64,000 bases of DNA from Pedobacter sp. (GCF_046462515.1 NZ_JBKGVD010000006.1:107335-171334), one strand, 5' to 3'. Shown: positions 1-9,724, counted from the first letter of the stretch. Made by a program: numbers and translations. Notes: a model not told the origin generated them from the sequence alone.

Positions 1-1289
1 AACTCATCGAGCTTAAATTTAACCTCTGCGCTTTCAAAACTGATTGCGCCGTTTTTAAATTTTTCAACCCTTAAAATATGAGCCAGTTCATTTAATTTTA
101 AGATCTCTTCTGCAAAATCGCCTGTTTTGTTTTCGATGATTTCCTGCGCTTCTTCATAAGTAAACCTTCTGTTAGAATGGATAATGGTGCGCCCAAACCA
201 TTGGTGAAGTATGTGTGCCTTTTCATTCATTTCAAAAACCGCAGAAAAGCACAATTTATCTTCATTTGGCCTTAAAGAGCACACACCGTTAGATAAATGT
301 TCGGGCAGCATAGGTATTACTCTATCAACTAGGTACACAGAAGTTGCCCTTTGGTAAGCCTCTTTATCTAAAGCCGAGTTGGGCGTTACATAATGAGAAA
401 CATCGGCAATGTGTACACCTATTTCATAATTGCCATTTCCCAGTTTCTTGAAAGAAATGGCGTCATCAAAATCTTTGGCATCAATAGGATCGATGGTAAA
501 AGTTATAGTGTTTCTAAAATCTTTTCTGTTGTTCAGTTCTGATTGAGCTATATTGTCTGGAATGGTATTAGCTTCGTTTTCTACTTCGGTAGGAAATGAA
601 AGAGGAAAACCGTATTGGGCTAATATGGCATTCATTTCGGTATTGTTCTCGCCTGTGTTGCCTAAAACATACGTTATTTTCCCGATCGGATTTTTGGCGC
701 CTTCTGGCCAGTCTGTAATGCTTGCCATTACTTTTTCGCCATTTTTTGCCCCGTTAATATCTGCCAGAGGAACAAAAATATCGTGGAGCATCTTGCGGTC
801 GTCTGGTATAACGAAAGCAAATTTTTCTGATATTTTGGCTATACCTATAAAATCTGTTTTTGCTCTTTGTAAGATCTCAACAATTTCGCCCTCGTTTCTT
901 CGGCCGCTTTTCTTACCAAAAACATAAACTTTAACTTTATCGCCATCTAAAGCATTACCTAATTTACGCGGAGCAATAAAAACATCTTTTTCAAATTCAT
1001 CATCAGGTATTACAAAAGCAGAACCACTGGCAGTCATATCTACCGTTCCGGTAATAAAGGTTTTTTGTTCTTTAAGTTTGAATTTGCCGCGTTCAGGTCT
1101 GATGAATAAACCCTTTTCGGTTTGTTCTACCAAAACTTCAAGTATGGTTTCTACAGATGCCTTGTCGCTCAAATTTAAGCGTGAGGCAACCTGTTTGTGA
1201 TTTAAGGCTATATTTCGATTTTTTTCAAAAATATCAGTTATTAACTGGGTAAGAACCTGTTTAAACTGTGCATTTTTATTTTTTGCCAT
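1..1289 (-). CDS. rnr: Ribonuclease R, 5' part; runs off the window start and is absent from the ORF track
   Basis: My translation from the ATG at 1289 gives MAKNKNAQFKQVLTQ..., cold-shock-like domains, and the RNB motifs FTIDPIDAKDFDDAIS, VHIADVSHYV and RATSVYLVDRVIPMLP. The frame is open to the window edge. Confidence 0.95.
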   Translation of the reverse strand, partial: MAKNKNAQFKQVLTQLITDIFEKNRNIALNHKQVASRLNLSDKASVETILEVLVEQTEKGLFIRPERGKFKLKEQKTFITGTVDMTASGSAFVIPDDEFEKDVFIAPRKLGNALDGDKVKVYVFGKKSGRRNEGEIVEILQRAKTDFIGIAKISEKFAFVIPDDRKMLHDIFVPLADINGAKNGEKVMASITDWPEGAKNPIGKITYVLGNTGENNTEMNAILAQYGFPLSFPTEVENEANTIPDNIAQSELNNRKDFRNTITFTIDPIDAKDFDDAISFKKLGNGNYEIGVHIADVSHYVTPNSALDKEAYQRATSVYLVDRVIPMLPEHLSNGVCSLRPNEDKLCFSAVFEMNEKAHILHQWFGRTIIHSNRRFTYEEAQEIIENKTGDFAEEILKLNELAHILRVEKFKNGAISFESAEVKFKLDE

Positions 1290-1375
1290 AAGTGTTTTTC
1301 TGTTGTTAAGGATTTAGATGGTAGATTTTTGTGCTAATTTAAACATTAAATATGCAAGGCAGCTAAAATAACAAA

Positions 1376-1412
1376 GCCTGTTTAAGATTTTATTAAATTT
1401 GCTTAAACAGGC
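1376..1412. terminator. Stem-loop downstream of the 1436..1855 gene
   Basis: Inverted repeat GCCTGTTTAAG-N15-CTTAAACAGGC. Confidence 0.55.
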
Positions 1413-1435
1413 CGCTTTTGCATTAAAGGAAAATA

Positions 1436-1855
1436 TTAATCTCTATCACCTCTGCCTTTACCATGTTTATAGGCTTTGCCATTTTTATAATGTCCATAAT
1501 GGTTTCCATTATCTTTTTTGTAATAACGGTTATCTACATAACGTACCTGGCGTAAGTAAGGCTTAGGTTCGTTAATTACAATTTTACGTCCGCTGTATAA
1601 ATTATAAGAATGATATCGTTTTGGTAAGCTTTTTCTGTGCACCCAGTGACCGCCCTCTAAATAGATAAAGCTTTTAGATGGTACGTAATAGTAAGTGTTA
1701 ATTTCGGGCATGTAATAATACTCTACATAATCATATCCACGCGGACCCCAGTTAGGTTGTGAGCCTATATTAATATTTAGACTAACTTGAGCGTTAACGG
1801 GTTTAAAGCTACCTAGAGCTAAAACTAAACCTGCTAATAAAACTAACTTTTTCAT
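1436..1855 (-). CDS. Secreted hypothetical protein, Tyr-rich, with basic Gly/His/Lys tail
   Basis: Signal peptide MKKLVLLAGLVLALGSFKPVNAQ, then VSLNINIGSQPNWGP..YYYMPEINTYYYVP. Start moved to the ATG at 1855. Confidence 0.8.
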   Translation of the reverse strand: MKKLVLLAGLVLALGSFKPVNAQVSLNINIGSQPNWGPRGYDYVEYYYMPEINTYYYVPSKSFIYLEGGHWVHRKSLPKRYHSYNLYSGRKIVINEPKPYLRQVRYVDNRYYKKDNGNHYGHYKNGKAYKHGKGRGDRD

Positions 1856-1949
1856 AACAATTATAATTTGTGTGTTATTGATACAAAACCATTTTTGTGC
1901 CATAATTTATATAATTATGGTTTAGTAACCTTAATTATACATTAATAGC

Positions 1950-1957
1950 TATCTTTG
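1950..1957 (+). promoter_or_regulatory. Bacteroidota -7 promoter element upstream of gatB
   Basis: TATCTTTG matches TAnnTTTG, 34 nt before the ATG. Confidence 0.5.
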
Positions 1958-1991
1958 ATACCTGTAGCCGAGGCATTTTAAGTTTTTTTGG

Positions 1992-3458
1992 ATGAGTTTA
2001 TATACTACAGAAAATAACAATACTTCATTTGAGCTGGTTTCCGGATTAGAAATTCATGTCCAGTTAAACACACAGTCTAAAATATTTTCATCAGATAGCG
2101 CAGCGTTCGGTGCAAGGCCTAATGAGCATATTTCGCCTATAAGTTTGGCATTGCCTGGCACACTACCTCAATTAAATAAGGAAGTAATAGAAAAGGCAAT
2201 TAGAATAGGCTTAGCCTTAAACTGTGAAATCAATCAATACAATTTCTTTGACAGGAAGAATTATTTTTATGCCGATTTGCCCAAAGGCTATCAGATTACT
2301 CAGGACAACAGACCAATTTGCAAAAATGGGTTTATACTGCTTGATTTGTCAAATGGTGTTCAAAAGCGTGTAGGTATCAATCGTATTCATCTTGAAGAAG
2401 ATGCCGGTAAGAGTATGCACGATCAGGATGCGGCATACTCATTTGTTGATCTGAACAGGGCAGGAGTTCCTTTAATAGAGATCGTAACCGAACCTGATAT
2501 CAGCAGTGCTGAAGAAGCTTCGGCCTTGCTTGCAGAAATCAGGCAATTGGTTCGTTTTTTAGATGTGAGTGATGGCAATATGGAAGAAGGCTCATTACGT
2601 TGTGATGCGAATATTTCGATAAGGCCATTCGGACATAAAGAATTTGGCACACGTTGCGAGGTAAAGAACCTCAATTCAATCCGTAATGTGCGGAGGGCTA
2701 TTGATTTTGAGTTTGACCGGCAGGTAAAAGCTATGCAAAGTGGCGAAACCATACAGCAATGTACTTTAAATTTTGATGCAGATGAAGGTACAACTTCACC
2801 CATGCGTACCAAAGAGGAAGCCAATGATTACCGTTATTTTCCAGATCCGGATTTAGCACCTGTGGTAATTTCAGATGAATGGCTGAGTAAAATAAAAGGG
2901 GCCATGCCTGAGCTGCCTCGTCATATTGCCAATGAACTGGTACAGAAATACGGGTTAAATCTTTCTGAAGCAATGTTAATAGCAGAAGATAAAGCACTAT
3001 ATAGTTACTTTAATAAGGCCAGGCATATTGTTAAAAATGAAAAAAGTCTGATCAATTGGCTTATCGGTAATTTAAGAGCAGTACTTAATACTCAGCAATG
3101 CGATATTAACACTTATCCTGTATCTCCGTCCAGATTTGCAGTGCTTGTTAATCTGGTAGATGATAAACAAATAAGCCAGCAAAATGCATTGCAATATTTG
3201 TTGCCTGCTTTAGAGCAGCATACAGATGAAAATGTATTCACTTTAGCAGAAAAACTTAACCTATTGATCAGCGAAGATCAAGATACTTTGTTGGCTACTA
3301 TAGAAGAAGTGCTGAATAAATACGGACAACAGGTAGAGGCATATAAAAAAGGTAAAAAAGGCGTTTTAGGATTATTTGTAGGCGAAGTAATGAAAGCCTC
3401 AAAAGGTAAGGCCGACGCAAAAAAAGTTAACGATATAATTTTAGAAAAATTGAAGTAA
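1992..3458 (+). CDS. gatB: Asp-tRNA(Asn)/Glu-tRNA(Gln) amidotransferase subunit B
   Basis: Motifs GLEIHVQL, FDRKNYFYADLPKGYQITQ, HLEEDAGK, GNMEEGSLRCDANIS and YRYFPDPDL; C-terminal Yqey-like domain. Confidence 0.97.
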   Translation: MSLYTTENNNTSFELVSGLEIHVQLNTQSKIFSSDSAAFGARPNEHISPISLALPGTLPQLNKEVIEKAIRIGLALNCEINQYNFFDRKNYFYADLPKGYQITQDNRPICKNGFILLDLSNGVQKRVGINRIHLEEDAGKSMHDQDAAYSFVDLNRAGVPLIEIVTEPDISSAEEASALLAEIRQLVRFLDVSDGNMEEGSLRCDANISIRPFGHKEFGTRCEVKNLNSIRNVRRAIDFEFDRQVKAMQSGETIQQCTLNFDADEGTTSPMRTKEEANDYRYFPDPDLAPVVISDEWLSKIKGAMPELPRHIANELVQKYGLNLSEAMLIAEDKALYSYFNKARHIVKNEKSLINWLIGNLRAVLNTQQCDINTYPVSPSRFAVLVNLVDDKQISQQNALQYLLPALEQHTDENVFTLAEKLNLLISEDQDTLLATIEEVLNKYGQQVEAYKKGKKGVLGLFVGEVMKASKGKADAKKVNDIILEKLK

Positions 3459-4567
3459 TGAACAAAAAAATTGGATTAGCATTAGTTGCAGCAACGTTTC
3501 TGTTTGCCTGTAAAGACAAAACTAAATTCATCATCGATGGGAAATTTGAAAATCCCGGTGCAGAAAAAAAAGTGTACCTGTACGGTATGGAAAATAACGG
3601 TATGAACGTGATAGATTCAACCACCTTATCAGAAAAAGGTGAATTTACCTTTTCACGTTCTGCTCCTGAAAGTGATTTTTATAGGGTAAATTTTGGTACA
3701 AATGAATATATCATTCTGGCTAAAAATGGTGAAGTGGTTAAATTAACGGCTGATATCAATGATAAAAATCATAGCTATAAAATTACAGGAGCAGAAGATG
3801 CTGATAAGCTTACAGAGTTTAATGCACTGAAATTTAAATATCAGACTAAGATAGAAGATATCAAGGCCGACTTTGAAAAAAGGGTTGGAGAAGCACCTGA
3901 CAAAAGGGAACAGATTATTCAGGAGCTTACACCTGTTTTTACCAAAGCTCTAAATGAGCTTAACCAGCAAATGATCAATTTTGCCAATAGTAACACCAGT
4001 TCACTGGTTAGTTTTTATGCCATCAGCTTAATTAATCCGGCGGGTAATGAAAAAGCTATGGTAGATTATGCAGCTAAAGTAGATCCAAAATTGAAGAAAA
4101 ACCCAATGGTAGCCAATTTTGTGAGTAAAGTAGAAAAACTGAAAGCTGTTCAGGTAGGTGAAACTGCGCCTGATTTTAGTATTCCATCCATAGATGGTAA
4201 AACTATTAAGTTATCAGATTACAGGGGTAAATATTTGCTGATTGATTTCTGGGCTTCGTGGTGTGGGCCATGTCGCGAAGAGAACCCTAATGTAGTAAAA
4301 GCCTACCATAAATTTAAAGACAAGAATTTTACCATTCTTGGAATTTCTTTAGATAAAGATAAACAGGCATGGCAAGGTGCTATTAAACAAGATGGTTTAG
4401 TCTGGGATCATGCAGGTGAACTTAAAGACTTTGAAGGAGAAGTAGTAAGGTTATACCAGATAGAAGCTATACCGAGCTCGTTCTTGTTGGATCCTAATGG
4501 TAAAATCGTTGCCAGAGACCTTAGGGGCGAAGAACTGGATCAGTTTTTAAGCAAAACCTTAAAGTAA
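3458..4567 (+). CDS. TlpA/AhpC-TSA thiol-disulfide oxidoreductase lipoprotein (DUF4369-type N-terminus)
   Basis: Lipobox LFAC; C-terminal DFWASWCGPC thioredoxin motif; TAATG overlap with gatB. Confidence 0.9.
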   Translation: MNKKIGLALVAATFLFACKDKTKFIIDGKFENPGAEKKVYLYGMENNGMNVIDSTTLSEKGEFTFSRSAPESDFYRVNFGTNEYIILAKNGEVVKLTADINDKNHSYKITGAEDADKLTEFNALKFKYQTKIEDIKADFEKRVGEAPDKREQIIQELTPVFTKALNELNQQMINFANSNTSSLVSFYAISLINPAGNEKAMVDYAAKVDPKLKKNPMVANFVSKVEKLKAVQVGETAPDFSIPSIDGKTIKLSDYRGKYLLIDFWASWCGPCREENPNVVKAYHKFKDKNFTILGISLDKDKQAWQGAIKQDGLVWDHAGELKDFEGEVVRLYQIEAIPSSFLLDPNGKIVARDLRGEELDQFLSKTLK

Positions 4568-4598
4568 TTTTTCGTAAATGTTAAGTTAATCTGGGTTA

Positions 4599-4654
4599 TT
4601 AACAATTTATTAACTTTGAATTAATCAAATGTTGCAATTGTATACTTACTTTCG
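4599..4654 (+). promoter_or_regulatory. Pho-box-like direct repeats with 11-bp period, plus -7 element
   Basis: TTAAC at 4599, TTAAC at 4610, TTAAT at 4621; TACTTTCG at 4647-4654. Confidence 0.55.
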
Positions 4655-4671
4655 TAACAAATAAAACAACG

Positions 4672-5361
4672 ATGAGTACAGCTAAGCAGAAGATATTAAT
4701 TGTTGATGACGAGCCGGATATTCTTGAACTGATAGAATACAATCTCAAAAAAGAAGGCTATCAGGTGTTTTTGGCTAGTAATGGTCAGGAAGGGATTAAC
4801 GTAGCGAAAAAAGTTCAGCCCGATCTGATTATATTAGATATCATGATGCCTAAAATGGATGGTATAGAAGCTTGTCGTTTAATGAGGGCTATTCCTGAGT
4901 TTAAAAATACTTTTATGGTGTTTTTAACAGCCAGAAGCGAAGAGTATTCTGAAATAGCGGGTTTTAATGTTGGAGCAGATGATTACATTGCCAAGCCCAT
5001 TAAACCAAGAGCTTTAGTAAGTCGCATTAATGCTATTTTGCGTCGCAATGCAAGCAATGACGAAGTTTCTGAAAATAAATTAGAAATAGGAGATCTGGTG
5101 ATCGACAGAGAAGCATATCTGGTTTACCAAAATGGGGAAAAAGTAATCTTGGCTAAAAAAGAATTTGAATTGCTTTATCTGCTAGCTTCTAAACCTGGCA
5201 AAGTTTATACCCGTGAATCGATATTGAAAAACATCTGGGAAGATTCGGTAGTGGTTACCAACAGAACCATTGATGTACACATCAGAAAATTAAGAGAAAA
5301 ACTAGGCGAAAACTATGTTTCTACTGTAAAAGGAGTAGGATACAAGTTTGAACTATCTTAA
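4672..5361 (+). CDS. phoB: OmpR/PhoB-family response regulator (PhoB/PhoP-like); no adjacent kinase
   Basis: Receiver motifs VDDE, LDIMMP and ADDYIAKP; winged helix RTIDVHIRKLREKL..TVKGVGY. Family is certain; the phoB name is an inference. Confidence 0.85.
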   Translation: MSTAKQKILIVDDEPDILELIEYNLKKEGYQVFLASNGQEGINVAKKVQPDLIILDIMMPKMDGIEACRLMRAIPEFKNTFMVFLTARSEEYSEIAGFNVGADDYIAKPIKPRALVSRINAILRRNASNDEVSENKLEIGDLVIDREAYLVYQNGEKVILAKKEFELLYLLASKPGKVYTRESILKNIWEDSVVVTNRTIDVHIRKLREKLGENYVSTVKGVGYKFELS

Positions 5362-5382
5362 AATTGATTAAAATTTTATAGT

Positions 5383-5412
5383 AAAGCCATTCTTGATAGA
5401 GTGGCTTTTTTT
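5383..5412 (+). terminator. Rho-independent terminator
   Basis: AAAGCCATTCT-TGAT-AGAGTGGCTTT followed by a T-tract. Confidence 0.75.
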
Positions 5413-5516
5413 ATGAATTCAAGACTCTATATGACTCTAAAACTAAAATAATTAGAAAAAAACGACAATTCACACCCTAACGAATGCGAAATTTGCAGTT
5501 TCAAAAACACAGGCAA

Positions 5517-6758
5517 ATGAAAAGAGTTGTAGTTACCGGTTTAGGAACCATTAATCCCTTAGGTCATAACATAGCAGATTTCTGGAATAATATTATATCT
5601 GGGAAGAGCGCAGGTGAACATGTTACACGTTTCGATGTATCACGTTTTCGTTCGCAGATGGCTTGCGAAGTTAAAGACTTTAATCCTGCCGAGCATTTAG
5701 ATAGAAACGAAATTAAGCGTACTGATTTATTTACTCAATATGCTCTGTATGCTGCTTCGCAGGCGATGGAAGATTCAGGAATAGATTTAAGTACGATTGA
5801 CCCTTTCGATTTCGGCGTAATCTGGGGAAGCGGGCAGGGTGGAATGCAAACTTTTGAAACAGAAGTAGAAAATTATGTAAAGGGCGACTATAATCCACGT
5901 TTTAGCCCTTTCTTCATACCAAAACTATTGGTAAATATGGCTTCGGGTTTAATTTCAATGAAGTTTGGCTTACAGGGTATAAACTATACGCCTGTATCGG
6001 CTTGCGCTACGGGTAACAATGCCATTATGGATGCTTTTAACTACATCAAAATGGGCAAGGCAAAGTTATTTGTTACCGGAGGTTCAGAAGCCGGAATTAC
6101 ACCTGCATCTTTTGGTGGTTTCGCAGCTTTAAAGGCTATGTCGCATAGAAATGATGATCCGCAAACTGCAAGCAGACCATTCGATAAAAACCGAGATGGC
6201 TTTGTAATGGGAGAAGGTGCAGGGGCATTGATTTTAGAAGAATATGAGCATGCGAAAGCTCGTGGGGCTAAAATCTATGCTGAAGTTGTTGGAGCTGCCA
6301 TGACTGCCGATGCTTATCATATTACTTCGCCACACCCTGAAGGAATTGGAGCTGCTAAAGCAATGGCTTTGGCTTTAGAAGAAGGAGGTGTTAAACCAGA
6401 AGAATTAGACTATCTAAATCTTCATGCTACTTCTACACCAGTTGGAGATCTTGCAGAAATTAATGCAGCTAATTTAGTTTTTGGTGCTTCAAAAAAATTG
6501 CATATCAGTTCTACCAAATCTATGACTGGGCACTTGTTAGGCGCAGCAGCAGCGATAGAGGCAATCATTGCCATTAAGAGCATTAATGATAATGTTGTAC
6601 CTCCAACTATTAATGTTTCAGAACCTGATCCTGAAATACCAGCAGGTATGCAACTGGTATTTAATAAAGCACTGCATAAAGAAGTAAAAACCGCTATGAG
6701 CAATGCTTTTGGTTTTGGCGGCCATAACAGTACCGTTGTTTTTAAAGAGCTGGTTTAA
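5517..6758 (+). CDS. fabF: 3-oxoacyl-ACP synthase II
   Basis: MKRVVVTGLG start; catalytic Cys-His-His in SACATG, HATST and GHLLGAA; SNAFGFGGHN. Confidence 0.95.
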   Translation: MKRVVVTGLGTINPLGHNIADFWNNIISGKSAGEHVTRFDVSRFRSQMACEVKDFNPAEHLDRNEIKRTDLFTQYALYAASQAMEDSGIDLSTIDPFDFGVIWGSGQGGMQTFETEVENYVKGDYNPRFSPFFIPKLLVNMASGLISMKFGLQGINYTPVSACATGNNAIMDAFNYIKMGKAKLFVTGGSEAGITPASFGGFAALKAMSHRNDDPQTASRPFDKNRDGFVMGEGAGALILEEYEHAKARGAKIYAEVVGAAMTADAYHITSPHPEGIGAAKAMALALEEGGVKPEELDYLNLHATSTPVGDLAEINAANLVFGASKKLHISSTKSMTGHLLGAAAAIEAIIAIKSINDNVVPPTINVSEPDPEIPAGMQLVFNKALHKEVKTAMSNAFGFGGHNSTVVFKELV

Positions 6759-6782
6759 AACCAAAAATATCAGTATAAAAAA

Positions 6783-6813
6783 AGCCGTTAGCGAATTTAA
6801 CACGCTAACGGCT
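6783..6813. terminator. Terminator between convergent fabF and udk
   Basis: AGCCGTTAGCG-N9-CGCTAACGGCT preceded by an A-tract, which is a U-tract on the minus strand. Confidence 0.8.
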
Positions 6814-6848
6814 ATCGTAAGATTCTTAATAAACTGAACCTATTAAGG

Positions 6849-7487
6849 CTATAAATTATATTTTGTCTTAATCTCGTTTGAGATTTCTTCGGTTTTTGCA
6901 ATAATTACCTCAGGAACATCTACATTATTGACCACTATGATTTCACAGGTATCTTTAAAAGGAGCTAAATATTGTTTGTAAGCAGGTACAACATGATTAT
7001 GCCATTTGTACAATACATCGTCTTCAGGATAGCCTCGTTCTAAACCATCACGTTTAATTCTGCGTTGTAGCGCTACTTCTTCGTCTGCTTCAATAAATAT
7101 TCTGGTATCTAACAGGTCAGAGATTTCTTTAAAATGTAAGATAAACAAGCCTTCAACAATTAAAATGGGAGCAGGACTAATCTCTAATATTTTAGTTACT
7201 GCCAAAGGATTATTAAAATTATATTCCTTTTTGTAAACAGTTTCGCCATTGATGAGTTTTTTAATATCTAGCAGAAATTGCTGGTCATCAATAGTACTCG
7301 GCAAGTCAAAATTGTATAATTTATTTTCTTCCTGGGTCATTTCTCCAGCTGGAATATAATAATCATCCTGCGAAACCAAGGTCACCTCATCGGTTTTAAA
7401 ATGGTGAAGAAAAGTATTTAAAAAGAAGGTTTTGCCTGATCCGCTTCCACCGGCAATACCAATTATTAAAGGTTTGTTATTGGTCAT
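6849..7487 (-). CDS. udk: Uridine kinase
   Basis: P-loop GIAGGSGSGKT, SQDDYY, NFDLPS, IVEGLF. Confidence 0.88.
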   Translation of the reverse strand: MTNNKPLIIGIAGGSGSGKTFFLNTFLHHFKTDEVTLVSQDDYYIPAGEMTQEENKLYNFDLPSTIDDQQFLLDIKKLINGETVYKKEYNFNNPLAVTKILEISPAPILIVEGLFILHFKEISDLLDTRIFIEADEEVALQRRIKRDGLERGYPEDDVLYKWHNHVVPAYKQYLAPFKDTCEIIVVNNVDVPEVIIAKTEEISNEIKTKYNL

Positions 7488-9039
7488 TATCTTGAGGTCC
7501 GTAAGTTAAATGGCAGAAAAATCTTTTGTCTAAAGCACCAACTGCATCGGCAACGGCTTTGGTCATTACAATAATCACATCTTTGGTGGTTTCATTTTCA
7601 GTAAACTTTCCAACTACTTTTGCAAAAGTAGAACGGTTAGTCATAGGATTAGTTATTTTTATAATGGTGCCAACCGGCGCAGTTTTATGTAAGATTAACA
7701 TCTTAGCAGGATCCAGGTCAGGATCAGCTATCCAAACTCCCGTACCTTTTTCTTCTACCTGATTTAATCCATAAGTAGCGGCCGATCGTTTTAACGCGGG
7801 GGTAACTAGAGTAGATGGAGAAGAATCTGTATCATTATTTTCTTCACCCTCATTTACAGCATGAGCTATTTTATCACCTTTAATGATAAGTTTCTGTCCA
7901 ATTTTGAGCTCGTTATCCGTTAAATTATTAGCTTGTTTTACTTGGTAGGTGGTTAGACCATATTTAGAAGCTATGGCATAGATAGTTTCTCCGGCCTTTA
8001 CAGTATGTTCAAAACTTTTTTCGTTGGTAGAAACAGGTTTGACCATAGTTGCATTTTCTGCTTCAGCTTTTTTCTGAACAGATGCAGACGGGGTTTTTTC
8101 TACCTCTGTAAAAGTTTCTTTATTGCCCGGAATTTTGATTGTTTGACCAGGTTTTAAATTATAAGAAGTTAATTTATTAAACTGGATTAGTTGGTAAGTT
8201 GTTAGATTATAACGTGCCGCTATATTATAAATCGTTTCATTATCCTTAACAGTATAGTTAAAGCTGGGTTCGTCTGTTTTGCTCTCTGTAATATTTACTG
8301 CTTTTTCAGGTATGTTTTTTGTTTTTTCAGCAGCAACGGGGTTATTTACAATACCTTCTTCTTTATTATTCTGAATTTTTAAAACTTGCCCGATTTGTAA
8401 ATTACTCGAGTTTAAATTGTTTAATTTCTTAATGTCTTCTACAGTGGTGCCGTATAAACTAGATAAAAGATTAAGTGTTTCTTTAGCTTTTACGGTATGT
8501 TCAATAACATTCCCCTGTGCAGCTTCTTTAACAGTAGGAGTATTAGTGGTATTTTCTGCCGTAACATTTGCTGCAGCAATATTGGTTTTAACAAAGGGTA
8601 TTTTTAAGATTTGACCTATCTGTAAATTGCTTGAAGTTAAATTGTTAAGCTGTTTAATTTCGTTGATTGTGGTGCCGTACTTCTCGGCAAGCATATTTAG
8701 GTTGTCTTTAGCTATCACAGTATGTTCAAAAAAACCGGCATTTTCAGCTGATTTTCCTGTATTTTTAGTCACTACATTAAATGCTAACTCTGTGGGTATT
8801 TTAACGATGGTTCCGATTTGCAGATTTTTGTTTTCGTTATAACTGATTACATCCTTAACATTAACATTATATTTTCTTGAGATAGAATAATAGCTTTCTT
8901 TTGGATCTACTTTGTGGATAATAACTTTTTTACCGTTGATGTTTTCTACACCGATTGAATCGACCGGGTTTGTTGCCCGAACTATGAATGTGCTAAGACA
9001 AATTGTGGCGAGAAAGATATATTTTTTAATCATTAACAT
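7477..9039 (-). CDS. Secreted peptidoglycan-binding protein with five LysM repeats and a C-terminal RlpA-like double-psi beta-barrel
   Basis: Five LysM-type repeats ([H/Y]xV..[E/D][T/S/N]..I..Y..T...N.L); C-terminal LHKTAPVGTIIKITNPMTNRS. Confidence 0.88.
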   Translation of the reverse strand: MLMIKKYIFLATICLSTFIVRATNPVDSIGVENINGKKVIIHKVDPKESYYSISRKYNVNVKDVISYNENKNLQIGTIVKIPTELAFNVVTKNTGKSAENAGFFEHTVIAKDNLNMLAEKYGTTINEIKQLNNLTSSNLQIGQILKIPFVKTNIAAANVTAENTTNTPTVKEAAQGNVIEHTVKAKETLNLLSSLYGTTVEDIKKLNNLNSSNLQIGQVLKIQNNKEEGIVNNPVAAEKTKNIPEKAVNITESKTDEPSFNYTVKDNETIYNIAARYNLTTYQLIQFNKLTSYNLKPGQTIKIPGNKETFTEVEKTPSASVQKKAEAENATMVKPVSTNEKSFEHTVKAGETIYAIASKYGLTTYQVKQANNLTDNELKIGQKLIIKGDKIAHAVNEGEENNDTDSSPSTLVTPALKRSAATYGLNQVEEKGTGVWIADPDLDPAKMLILHKTAPVGTIIKITNPMTNRSTFAKVVGKFTENETTKDVIIVMTKAVADAVGALDKRFFCHLTYGPQDNDQ

Positions 9040-9192
9040 TTCAATTTTTGAGCCTACAATAATACAAATAATATAGATTAACTACGTTACTTAATCAAAA
9101 ACGGAAACATAAGCATGCTATTGTACGATTTTGCTTTTATTTAAAACTAAAATGACTAATATTTGTTAGTAAGCAAAGAATAAATACAAATT

Positions 9193-9672
9193 ATGGCAGC
9201 TAAAGAAATCGATTTAACAGAAAAGCAGGTTAAGCCTGTAGTAGATATGCTAAATGAATATTTGGCAAATTATCATGTGCATTATCAAAAATTAAGAGGA
9301 TGTCATTGGAATGTTAAAGGCCCGCATTTTTTTACATTACATATAAAGTTCGAAGAACTTTATACCAATGCACAACTTACTATTGATGAAATTGCGGAAC
9401 GTGTGTTAACTTTAGGTAAACCACCTCACAGCCGCTTTGCTGATTACATTAAAGAATCGAGTATAAAAGAAGTGAATACCATTGGCATGAATGATATGGA
9501 TATGGTAGAAGAACTGCTGAAAGACATGACCAGATTAATAGAATTTGAAAGGTCTCTGCTGGAAGAAACAGATAAAGTAGGTGATGATGGCTCAAATGAT
9601 ATGGTTAACCGTTTTATGCAGTTTAAAGAGAAAAATATCTGGATGCTTAAGTCTTTTTTAGGTAAAAAATAA
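9193..9672 (+). CDS. dps: DNA starvation/stationary phase protection protein
   Basis: HWNVKGPHFFTLHIKFEELY and DEIAER ferroxidase motifs. Confidence 0.95.
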   Translation: MAAKEIDLTEKQVKPVVDMLNEYLANYHVHYQKLRGCHWNVKGPHFFTLHIKFEELYTNAQLTIDEIAERVLTLGKPPHSRFADYIKESSIKEVNTIGMNDMDMVEELLKDMTRLIEFERSLLEETDKVGDDGSNDMVNRFMQFKEKNIWMLKSFLGKK

Positions 9673-9691
9673 TTTTGAAATGAGCGTTCCG

Positions 9692-9724
9692 AAAAGGCCA
9701 CAGATTTAAATCTGTGGCCTTTTT
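9692..9724 (+). terminator. Rho-independent terminator after dps
   Basis: Perfect palindrome AAAAGGCCACAGATTTAAATCTGTGGCCTTTT. Confidence 0.85.

Noticed and set aside
553..927. 124-aa plus-strand ORF in the track
   Set aside because: It is the antisense shadow of rnr, which occupies 1..1289 on the minus strand.
9040..9192. OxyR-type site upstream of dps
   Set aside because: Only partial ATAG-like tetramers, without the required spacing; not distinguishable from AT-rich background.
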